37,919 nt of DNA, from the sequence record DRR723986_8468; one strand, 5' to 3'. The position numbers and the translations under genes were made by a program. Positions within the stretch are counted from its first letter, which is position 1. Each line of letters starts with the position of its first letter. Positions 30,119 to 37,919 of the stretch are shown here, in pieces. The notes under the pieces are model-generated. The model had not been told where the DNA came from. It was given only the letters and a program-made list of their open reading frames with translations, and did no database searches.

Positions 30119-31714
30119 TCAGGAATGATTGCGTCGCATTCTTGCGATAAAAAATCCATCGGTTCCGTGCAGGTCCGGTGAGAGTGTGATGCTATAGGCA
30201 TCATCGTCGAGTTTGGGAATTGAGATTTGACTCTGAGCGAACACGGCTTCCAGCGGTTCAGGTGAAAAGTCGCGGTTGGTTTGCAGAAATCGCTCGACGA
30301 CGGCGCCGTTTTCGGTATGCATCAGAGAACAGGTGGAGTAAATCAAGACACCACCGGGTTTGACGCAGCGCGAGTAGAGTCGCAGAAGCTCCAGTTGACG
30401 GGTTGCGAGGCGTTTGAGGAGCGCAGGCGTCAATCTCCATTTGAGCGAGGGTGCGCGGCGTGCGGTGCCCATGCCACTGCAGGGTACGTCTACGAGGACA
30501 GCATCACAGCTGTTCTGCAGTTTCTGCAATTGAGGTGGAAAACCGGGCCGGTCATTTTTGCGGCCGCGCAGCAGCAGGGTTTCGATCGAGCGAATTGTGG
30601 CACGTTGCGCACGGCGCGGCAGCTCACGCAAGCGTTTATTTTCAATGTCGGCGGCAATAATTGTGCCTTTGTCTTGCTGCAGTGCTGCCAGGTGCAGCGT
30701 CTTGCCGCCGGCGCCGGCGCAGGCATCCAAAATTTTCCAATGCGGCTCGGGGGCGACGGCGTAGGCCAGTACCTGACTGGCTTCGTCCTGCACTTCGATT
30801 AATCCATGCGTGTAGGCATAGGACTCGGAGAGGTTGCGACGGCGGTCCAGGACTATCGCCGTCGGCGCAAGTTTTCCGGCTTTAGCCTCGACTTCTTCGC
30901 TTTTGAGCCGCTTAAGGGCTTCTTCGCGTTCGGCAACCAGGGTGTTGGTACGCAGTCCGACGGGTGCAGAATTCAAAAGTGCTTCGGCTCTGGCAGACAC
31001 AGTGGACCAGCGTACACTCCCGGTTCCGAGGCCGAATTCATCTTTCCAGGAGCGCAGAATCCAGACGGGCATGGCCAGGCGGTTAGAGAGGAAGTTGAGA
31101 TCTGCGTCGCTGATTTGATCGCGCTTGGCGAGCATGTTTCCGCGCTCGAACATCGCCTGCCAGCGTTCCAGGGTGCGCCAGGCCCACTCATGTCCGGTGC
31201 CCTCGTGCCAGTTGAGCTGCTCTTCCAGGGCCGGAGCCACTGCCGCAACGGTGCGGTCGATGTCCAGCTGCTTATCGGCCTTGAGTTTAATGGCTTCGCC
31301 AAGTTTTTCAGTCGTCTCGAAGATATTGGCGCGTTCGCCCAGTAAAACGACGGCGGCCAGGACGCAGAGCTCCCAGCCGTAATCCTCATCGCGTTCACCG
31401 CTCATCCGCATGCGAATGATGTCTTCCAGAGCCTGGATGTGGTTTGTGCTTGGCGGATGGATCGGCTGGTCGGGGTGTTTTTTGTGATGGCTGCGATCGG
31501 GCATGACGCTCACGATCCCAACTCCGCACCATTCAACCAGGGACAGAGTGCGGTAAGCGGCAAAAACTGTCGCGGAAATAAAGCGTCGCTCGCGCGCGCC
31601 CAGATATTTTTTGGAGCGGAAATAGTTGGAGGCCAATCCATCGGAAGGACGTGTTGACCTTGTAATGGTGCGCAGCAGGCGCGCGCCATGTCCTAATAGT
31701 GAGGCAAGTCTCAT
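30119..31714 (-). CDS. RsmB/NOP-family RNA m5C methyltransferase
   Basis: VQDEASQ, DACAGAGGKT, DVPCSGMG and YSTCS (both catalytic Cys), TDGFF. Confidence 0.92.
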   Translation of the reverse strand: MRLASLLGHGARLLRTITRSTRPSDGLASNYFRSKKYLGARERRFISATVFAAYRTLSLVEWCGVGIVSVMPDRSHHKKHPDQPIHPPSTNHIQALEDIIRMRMSGERDEDYGWELCVLAAVVLLGERANIFETTEKLGEAIKLKADKQLDIDRTVAAVAPALEEQLNWHEGTGHEWAWRTLERWQAMFERGNMLAKRDQISDADLNFLSNRLAMPVWILRSWKDEFGLGTGSVRWSTVSARAEALLNSAPVGLRTNTLVAEREEALKRLKSEEVEAKAGKLAPTAIVLDRRRNLSESYAYTHGLIEVQDEASQVLAYAVAPEPHWKILDACAGAGGKTLHLAALQQDKGTIIAADIENKRLRELPRRAQRATIRSIETLLLRGRKNDRPGFPPQLQKLQNSCDAVLVDVPCSGMGTARRAPSLKWRLTPALLKRLATRQLELLRLYSRCVKPGGVLIYSTCSLMHTENGAVVERFLQTNRDFSPEPLEAVFAQSQISIPKLDDDAYSITLSPDLHGTDGFFIARMRRNHS

Positions 31715-31720
31715 GTACCG

Positions 31721-32728
31721 TCAGTCTTCAATGCTTATCGCCAGCTTACCGAATTGTGCATGTGTGCGCATTTGCTCATATGCCTCCAGAATAGCGTCAA
31801 ACGGGCGTAGTGAATCAATTATCGGCTTAATGTTATGGTGTTGGACCATTTGGACCATTTCGGTGAAATCGCGCGGACTCCCCATGGTTGATCCCAAAAT
31901 GTTGAGTTGTCGCCAGAAAATGCGATGAGTGTCCAGCGTCTTCGGCTTTCCAAGTGTGGAACCATAGATGACCAAACGCCCACCGCTCGATAGACACCGA
32001 AGTATGCCTTCAATCCCATCGCCGCCCGCACCGTCAATGGCGAGGTCAATGCCGCCACTGATTGCGCGCAGCTCTTTACTCCAGTTTTCAGACTTGTAGT
32101 TGACGCCGCCTTCAGCCCCCAGCGCTATGGCACGTTCAATTTTTTCAGCTGACGAAGAGCTGACAAAAACGCGCGCGCCCAGGGCCACGGCAAACTGCAA
32201 TACAAATTGAGCTACGCCGCCGCCGACACCGGAAACCAGGACTGTCTCACCTTTGAGCAGTTTACCACGGGTAACTAATGCTCTATATGCCGTTACGCCT
32301 GCCAGCGGCAGGGCGGCGGCTTCGGCATCCGTCAAATGCTGTGGGGCATCGTGGAGTGCTTCCACATCGGCAAGCATGTATTGGGCAAATGACCCGTCAC
32401 GCTGCATGCCAATTATTCCGTAGCTGTCGCTTTGATACTCCGCCGACGGTCCCCAGTCAAAACCGGGGTCAACAATCACACGCCGGCCCATCTGGCCGCT
32501 GTCGGCTTCGGAACCGACGGCATCAACTATGCCACATGCGTCGGCCCCCTGAACAGAGTCGTAACGAATCGCAGCGTACTGCCCCTGACTAATGTAAAAG
32601 TCTCGTCTGTTAAGGGCCGCAGCTTTAATGCGCAGGCGCACCTGCCCTGCGGCGGGAGTGGGTATACCAATCTCTTCAATCTGCAGGTTTTGCGATCGCC
32701 TGTCGGATAGAATCAGTGCTTTCATCAT
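31721..32728 (-). CDS. MDR-family (zinc-binding ADH/quinone oxidoreductase-like) oxidoreductase
   Basis: AALNRRD, GADACG, AAALPLAGVTAYRAL, GVGGGVA nucleotide-binding loop, GSTMG, QFGK. Confidence 0.92.
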   Translation of the reverse strand: MMKALILSDRRSQNLQIEEIGIPTPAAGQVRLRIKAAALNRRDFYISQGQYAAIRYDSVQGADACGIVDAVGSEADSGQMGRRVIVDPGFDWGPSAEYQSDSYGIIGMQRDGSFAQYMLADVEALHDAPQHLTDAEAAALPLAGVTAYRALVTRGKLLKGETVLVSGVGGGVAQFVLQFAVALGARVFVSSSSAEKIERAIALGAEGGVNYKSENWSKELRAISGGIDLAIDGAGGDGIEGILRCLSSGGRLVIYGSTLGKPKTLDTHRIFWRQLNILGSTMGSPRDFTEMVQMVQHHNIKPIIDSLRPFDAILEAYEQMRTHAQFGKLAISIED

Positions 32729-32900
32729 ACAAATCGCGCAATTTGAGTCCTTAGCGACATTTTTACAGTTTTACGTCAGCCAGGATCGGAGTTGTGTAGC
32801 GCCTGCCCTAACGTTTAAGCTGTTAAATTATTTGTCGAGGCAGACCCTTTTTCGTAGTTTTTGAGCGGACTAAGTAAACCGCGCCAAGATACATCTATCT

Positions 32901-33815
32901 ATGCAGATTTCTCCAGCTATATCGCTTCCACGCGTGCCGGCGACCCAGTTTGCCAATCAACGCGACGCAAACAATGCCGACGGTGAGCAGATTGGACGCC
33001 GCAGCCAGGCTAACGACGAGCGCTCAGCAGGGCGCAGTAATCGCGACCGTCAGTCTGGTCCCGGCAGGGAACTTAGCGAGCAGGAGCAACGCGCGGTTGA
33101 AGAACTCAAACGCGTAGACCGCGAAGTACGAGCACATGAAGCTGCGCACCTGGCCGCTGCAGGCTCACTAGGCAGCGGGCCGACGTATACGTATAAATCG
33201 GGTCCAGACGGCAAACAGTACGTCGTCGGTGGTGAAGTCAGAATTGACACCAGCTCGGTGCCAAATGACCCCGAAGCGACTATCCGTAAAATGCAGCAGG
33301 TACGCCGCGCTGCCTTGGCGCCCGCCGAGCCTTCCGCTCAAGATCGCTCCGTGGCTTCACAGGCGGCACGCACGCAGGCAGAAGCCCGCGCAGAACTGCT
33401 CAGTGAACGCACTGCTGAGCTGACCGGCGAAGACGCCGAAACACAAGATATTGAGCAAAGTGAACAAAGCCCGGCAGTCGATGCTGAGACATCAGGTCCT
33501 TTCGCCGAGGCAGACAACTCCGAACGTGGCTCTGAGTTTGGAGCTGCATTTGAAAATGTAATCCGCTCCGATCAACAAGAAAGCGGTCAGCGTTTTGAGC
33601 CCGCAATAACCGCAGGCGCGGCGTCGGGAATTGATGCTGCAGGCACTGCGGGCGAGACCGAGGCAGCCGGTTTGGGCGCAACAAGAGAAAATTCTAAGAC
33701 AAATGTGTTTGGGCGGCCTTCACTCCTGCCCAATGTTAATGCGATTCAAACCGCAGTTTACGCGAATTCAGCGTACCGTGAAAGCGGTGGCAATTTAGTA
33801 GATGTATTTGCCTGA
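32901..33815 (+). CDS. SprA-related family putative metalloprotease (HExxH)
   Basis: ELKRVDREVRAHEAAH...Y..GPDGKQY.VGGEV.ID...P..TI.KM..V.RAALAPAEPS.QD.SVA signature; disordered acidic C-terminus. Confidence 0.85.
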   Translation: MQISPAISLPRVPATQFANQRDANNADGEQIGRRSQANDERSAGRSNRDRQSGPGRELSEQEQRAVEELKRVDREVRAHEAAHLAAAGSLGSGPTYTYKSGPDGKQYVVGGEVRIDTSSVPNDPEATIRKMQQVRRAALAPAEPSAQDRSVASQAARTQAEARAELLSERTAELTGEDAETQDIEQSEQSPAVDAETSGPFAEADNSERGSEFGAAFENVIRSDQQESGQRFEPAITAGAASGIDAAGTAGETEAAGLGATRENSKTNVFGRPSLLPNVNAIQTAVYANSAYRESGGNLVDVFA

Positions 33816-33829
33816 TGTAAGCGTGGATA

Positions 33830-33847
33830 TGCCTGGAGGTCCAGGCA
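33830..33847. terminator. Short palindrome between convergent genes (possible terminator hairpin)
   Basis: TGCCTGGA-gg-TCCAGGCA; no clear U-tract. Confidence 0.35.
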
Positions 33848-33871
33848 GCTCAGTTTCATCAGCTTGCAGAC

Positions 33872-33929
33872 CCCAGATGTAGCCCAGATGTAGCCCAGAA
33901 GTTAGCGCAGATATTACCCCAGATCTTAC
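33872..33929. repeat. Degenerate 11-12 bp tandem repeat, five copies
   Basis: CCCAGATGTAG CCCAGATGTAG CCCAGAAGTTAG CGCAGATATTAC CCCAGATCTTAC. Confidence 0.85.
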
Positions 33930-35950
33930 CCGAGGGTTTCCCCTGCAATATCAAGAGAATCAGTAGTCCGGCCATTCAGTGGTAGTTTAATAATGAATAA
34001 CGCTCCGCCTTCAGCAGCATCGCGATATTCTATCTGGCCATCCATTCCGTTAAGCAATTTTTTTACGATCCATAAACCCACTCCGGTCGAACTCTCACCG
34101 CCTGTAGGTTTGTTGCTCAAACGACCAAACTTGCGGAAAAGCTGTCCGCGCTCCACCACCGGGACGCCTGGTCCTTCATCTGCGACGTGCAATTCAACAC
34201 CGTCATTGGTCTGCTCAAGAATCACCCGCACGGTACTCTCCGGCGGCGAAAACTTCACTGCATTCGACAACAAGTTGTCAACAACTTGAATCAGAGCGCG
34301 GCGGTCTGCAATCAGCCTGCATTCGTGCTCGGGCATGTTAAGGTTTAGCCGCATTCGTTTATTCTCAAGCTTGCTGCTGAAACCCGTGACAAGCTGCCGC
34401 AGCAGCATCGTAATATCAAATTCTTCCTGATTGATCAGCACTCCATCCGACTCCATTCGGCTGGCGGTTAACAAATCATCCACAAAGTCCAGCATCTGCC
34501 GAACTGTAAATTCAACGTCTTTGGTGAACTCAACTACTTCGCTGCCCACATCGGCAACATTTAACATTTGGCGAACTTGCAGCAGAATATTGGACAGTGG
34601 GTTTTTGATGTCATGCGCCACAATGTCGATCAAATTTCCGCGTTCGCGATCGACTCTTTGAAGTCTCTCGTTAGAATAATTTAACTCGTGCAGGGCGCGG
34701 TTGAGTTCAACGTTGCGCAAACGGTAAATCTCTTTTTCCTTGCGTTCATGCTCCAGGTCATAGCGCGATTGCATCCGCTGGGTCGATTCGCGCACCGAAA
34801 GTTCACGCACGGCTTCGCGCAGCGTGGCATACTGTTTGTGATGATCCAGTGCCAGCTCAATCTTCTTGCTCTGCTCGTAGTATTCTGAGAGGCTTAGGTG
34901 CACTTGACTGCGCAGATCAGCACTCTCCAGCTTGTCTGCAATTTTCAAAGCTGTTTGCAGATGCGGGTAAGCGTCTACAAGTCGATTTTCCAACAAGGCT
35001 ATCGCGCCGAGCATCTGTTCCAGTTGGCACACGGCCGCATCATCGGCATAATAGCTGGCCAATTTAAGTGATTCTTGAGCCGCCGCGCGCGCGGCTTTGG
35101 TCCGGCCGCGCTTGGTGTCTATCTCAGCGCGGATCGAGAGGATACTCAACAGGCACTGTTTGTCATCAAGGATGCGCGCCAAATCGTGGCCGCGTTCCAG
35201 ATAGTGCAGAGCTGAATCGCCGTCACCAAGTGCATGATAGGCATAACCAATGTTACAGAGCGTTGTGGCTTCCGACTGACGGTCCGGCTGGTCTCTGCTC
35301 AACTCCAGGCTGCGCTCATAGTATTCGAGGGCGGGCTGATATTCTTCGAGCGTGAAGTACACATTCCCAATGTTATGCAGCGCCAGCATCTGGCCATAGA
35401 CATCATCCAGATCTTCGCTGATTTGCAGGCTGGCCAGAAATCGCTCTAACGCTTCGTCCAGTCGGCCGGTCTTGCGGAGCAGGTTGCCTATGGATACATC
35501 CAGCTTGCCAATGCCGCGCTTATCGCCAATCGCCTGGCGCAAGTCCAGGCTGCGAACGTACCACTCCAGGGCCGCATCAAAACTTCCGCGGCGTTTATGT
35601 ACGATGCCAATTAACTGTGCGGCTCCCGCCTGGTCACGCTGCGCGCCACAGGCGCGAAACAAACTTTCGGCTTCACTGAAGTTGCGCAGAGCCGCATCAT
35701 AACTTCCCATGATTTCAAAACAATGGCCAATCTGGACCATGCTGCGCGCCATCCAAAATCTGTCGCAGATCCTGGTTGCAATATCGAGTGACTTACGCGC
35801 AAGTTCAAGAGCTCGGTGGGGATTGTTACGCCGGATTGATTCATTCAATTCGTGGTACAGTACTAGATTACGTGCAGACTCAGAGTCTTGCTCCGTTCCC
35901 TCACTGTACTTTTGCAGATCCGCGCGTATGTTTTCGTGCCTTGTACTCAA
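33926..35950 (-). CDS. Cytoplasmic TPR-repeat sensor histidine kinase (orphan)
   Basis: Multiple TPRs (e.g. LHNIGNVY...ALEYYERSL), coiled coil, H-box AHDIKNPL, N-box NLLSNAVKF, G1 DEGPG, G2 TGVGL; no signal peptide or TM; TTG start. Confidence 0.92.
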   Translation of the reverse strand: MSTRHENIRADLQKYSEGTEQDSESARNLVLYHELNESIRRNNPHRALELARKSLDIATRICDRFWMARSMVQIGHCFEIMGSYDAALRNFSEAESLFRACGAQRDQAGAAQLIGIVHKRRGSFDAALEWYVRSLDLRQAIGDKRGIGKLDVSIGNLLRKTGRLDEALERFLASLQISEDLDDVYGQMLALHNIGNVYFTLEEYQPALEYYERSLELSRDQPDRQSEATTLCNIGYAYHALGDGDSALHYLERGHDLARILDDKQCLLSILSIRAEIDTKRGRTKAARAAAQESLKLASYYADDAAVCQLEQMLGAIALLENRLVDAYPHLQTALKIADKLESADLRSQVHLSLSEYYEQSKKIELALDHHKQYATLREAVRELSVRESTQRMQSRYDLEHERKEKEIYRLRNVELNRALHELNYSNERLQRVDRERGNLIDIVAHDIKNPLSNILLQVRQMLNVADVGSEVVEFTKDVEFTVRQMLDFVDDLLTASRMESDGVLINQEEFDITMLLRQLVTGFSSKLENKRMRLNLNMPEHECRLIADRRALIQVVDNLLSNAVKFSPPESTVRVILEQTNDGVELHVADEGPGVPVVERGQLFRKFGRLSNKPTGGESSTGVGLWIVKKLLNGMDGQIEYRDAAEGGALFIIKLPLNGRTTDSLDIAGETLG

Positions 35951-36021
35951 AGTGCCGTTGTATTAGAGGCTTTTGACTTTAAATGTCTAAGTCAATTTTC
36001 TGGCTGCACTGTCGTTGATCA

Positions 36022-37047
36022 ATGCAGGTTATCACATTCCAAGCTAGGAAAATTGTGCCAGACATCAAATATCAATTCCGAGATTCACTCACAGAGTTCA
36101 GTACTTGCTTACGAAGAGCGCATTTCCTCGGATTAATTCTGCTGGCGTTATGCATTCTGCGGCCTGACATTCTTAAGGCGCAGGATACAAATAGTACAAC
36201 AACTTTTGAAGGTAGTACAACAGCCTCTGAAGCTGACAAAACAGCCTCTCAAAGTGATACAACAGCCTCCCGGGGTCCAAACCCTGATCCACTGCGCCTG
36301 GGTTTGGTTGGTGGCGTCACCGCCGCCGGGTTTGTTTACGGCCACGTTTTGCAGAACGACATTTGGTGGAAAGGCGAACGCAGCGATTTTCACTTCAACT
36401 GGCAAGCCGACTGGGAATACTCACTTGGTGCCGACAAGCTCGGGCACATGTATTTCCCCTACGTCATTACCAATGTCTACGGCGACCTGTTCACCTGGAG
36501 TGGGCTGGACACAAGCACAGCCATCTATCTGGCCGGCGGTCTGGCACTGAGTTATCAAACCTACATTGAAATTCGCGATGGCTTTTCGGCGGAATGGGGC
36601 TTTTCCTGGGGAGACATGGCCGCCAACACGCTGGGAGCGGTATATCCAATAGCAGTCCATCATTGGCCACAACTCGATTTTGTCAGGCTTAAGATCAGTT
36701 TTAACCCGACTCAGGAATTTCGCGATGGATCACATGCTGCCATTATCGACGACTACGAAAGCACCACACACTGGCTAAGTTTTGGCGTGCACGACGCATT
36801 GCCACAAAGTCTGCAAACTTATTGGCCGGAATGGCTGCGAATTGCCGTGGGGCATAGCGTGCAGGCACTCGACGGACGTGGCGGCGGCGACCATCGCATT
36901 TTCCTGACGCTGGATTATGGCATTTCCGATTTAGGAGGAGATTGGCAACCCTGGCGTGCAATCAAAAATTTGCTGGAGTTTTATCACTTGCCCGCGCCTG
37001 CGGTGCAGCTACATCCAGATGTCGTTTGGTACGGCTTGCGTTTGTAG
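36022..37047 (+). CDS. DUF2279/YfiM-family protein
   Basis: Signal-like segment, WW.G.RS.FHF, ADKLGH, IEIRDGFS..WGFSWGDMAANTLG, LKISF, DDYE..T.WLS. Confidence 0.85.
   Translation: MQVITFQARKIVPDIKYQFRDSLTEFSTCLRRAHFLGLILLALCILRPDILKAQDTNSTTTFEGSTTASEADKTASQSDTTASRGPNPDPLRLGLVGGVTAAGFVYGHVLQNDIWWKGERSDFHFNWQADWEYSLGADKLGHMYFPYVITNVYGDLFTWSGLDTSTAIYLAGGLALSYQTYIEIRDGFSAEWGFSWGDMAANTLGAVYPIAVHHWPQLDFVRLKISFNPTQEFRDGSHAAIIDDYESTTHWLSFGVHDALPQSLQTYWPEWLRIAVGHSVQALDGRGGGDHRIFLTLDYGISDLGGDWQPWRAIKNLLEFYHLPAPAVQLHPDVVWYGLRL
36193..36276 (+). repeat. Intragenic 21-bp tandem repeat, four copies (7-aa Ser/Thr-rich linker)
   Basis: AGTACAACAACTTTTGAAGGT / AGTACAACAGCCTCTGAAGCT / GACAAAACAGCCTCTCAAAGT / GATACAACAGCCTCCCGGGGT = STTTFEG STTASEA DKTASQS DTTASRG. 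Confidence 0.85.
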
Positions 37048-37055
37048 TTTTGGCC

Positions 37056-37103
37056 AAAAACAAACAAACCTCGGCAACACATTTGTGGTACCAAGGTTTG
37101 TTT
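37056..37103 (-). terminator. Intrinsic terminator, better formed on the minus strand (may be bidirectional)
   Basis: Minus strand AAACAAACCTTGG-tac-CAC-aaat-GTG-ttg-CCGAGGTTTGTTT-GTTTTT; the G-U pairs and U-tract favour the minus strand. Confidence 0.7.
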
Positions 37104-37244
37104 AATCTGCGCCGGCCTGATCACGGGGTCTTATTCCCGCCTATCCTACATGCCTCATGTCTTACTCACTGGTCCGGCGCTGTTAACGCCGGTCTTCCCT
37201 TCCTATCGATAGTTCTCTTCCGCCAGGCCCTACACACAGATTTT
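37056..37244 (-). ncRNA. Candidate structured small RNA (~190 nt), family not recognised
   Basis: Extended -10 immediately upstream; closing stems AATCTGTG/CGCAGATT and GGCCTG/CAGGCC; internal hairpins; duplicated GATAGG.GGGAA..GACC motif; terminator; no credible ORF. Confidence 0.5.
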
Positions 37245-37249
37245 CGCGA

Positions 37250-37258
37250 ATTTTAGCA
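37250..37258 (-). promoter_or_regulatory. Extended -10 promoter TGcTAAAAT
   Basis: Minus strand TGC-TAAAAT (37258-37250); the predicted TSS at ~37244-37243 coincides with the start of the closing stem. Confidence 0.5.
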
Positions 37259-37919
37259 TCTGTCGCACTCACTTCTTGTAACAAGTCAACACGCCGTTCA
37301 GTTACAGCGCAGACATTTAGCAGCTCCACTTTGCAACTCTCATAGGATTGTTAACAATTTGCACAATCAAGCACTGTGCCCGCCGAGAAGTTTGCCCGAG
37401 CGCTCCAGAATTAAACCCCAAAGTTTCGATTTTTGCCGCCGTCCTGCCTGCCTCGCCGTTGCCGGAGAGTTGTTGTTGTTCTAACCGGTCTTTATCGGCG
37501 GCATTTCCTTTTCTGTAAGTGGTAGCTATGGTGCAATAATGTATCGACCTGTCCAAGTGTTACATGTATTCTGCGGCTGCCCAGTTTCTACGTCGGCATG
37601 CAATCCAGGTTGCGAATGTTTGCATTTTTTGTGCATTCTGCACGCTGCACACGCAACAATGTATAATAAGCCACCAAAGCATAATTAGTCACAACCAGGT
37701 CTGCCCTTTTTTGCACGATTATGAGCCGGCAGAATCCGAACTAGAATGCTCATTAAATGCAAGTCATTTTTAATTGCATCTGCAATTGTTTTTGCAATCG
37801 TGAAATTTTCGCACGGACCGTTGACACAGATGTTTCTTGCCGGGCAAATCTGTTTTGGTGGTGTTTACTGCCCCGTTCATGCCGACTTCACTGGACGTTC
37901 AGGTACAAAGTCGGGCCGT

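Noticed and set aside
32816-32841. TAAG-N14-GTCGAGGC as a sigma28 promoter
   Set aside because: Both spacing and -10 deviate from TAAA-N15-GCCGATAA; too weak to call.
36046-36060. Minus-strand TGGCAC as a sigma54 promoter for the kinase
   Set aside because: The -12 position reads TCCT rather than TTGC.
37104-37244. Candidate sRNA as 6S or SRP RNA
   Set aside because: No long rod with a central bubble and long terminal stem (6S), and no SRP domain IV consensus.

Overview
This looks like core chromosome from an FCB-group bacterium. A T9SS cargo protein with IgGFc-binding and ASH/choice-of-anchor-D domains, a paired beta-barrel, a TonB receptor plus DUF4249 and clear Shine-Dalgarno use point to a Ca. 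Kapabacteria/Ignavibacteria-like lineage (inference). About 22 CDSs are supported: sdhB-sdhA without an adjacent sdhC, YfhO-family GT-C protein, OstA/LptA-like protein, T9SS cargo plus OM barrel, HIT-rsmA-lipoprotein, dnaB, hflX, two small membrane proteins, LD-carboxypeptidase, two secreted amidohydrolase-fold proteins, DUF4287/DUF5655, TonB receptor-DUF4249, RsmB/NOP methyltransferase, MDR oxidoreductase, SprA-related HExxH protein, cytoplasmic TPR histidine kinase and DUF2279/YfiM protein. No tRNA, rRNA, CRISPR array, transposase or integrase was seen. The most interesting signals are non-coding. (1) A candidate ~190-nt minus-strand sRNA at ~37056-37244 with an extended -10, a closing stem, duplicated GGA-rich motifs and a strand-specific terminator. 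(2) A degenerate dispersed repeat family shared by the long 3'/convergent intergenic regions (1-243, 15442-15839, 26070-26691). Also notable are two DKxxH..E..DxxAN (SAA/YfiM 'lipocone'-type) proteins, and an OstA-like protein rich in D-[ST]-x glycosylation sequons next to a YfhO GT-C gene. All calls were made by eye, without database searches.
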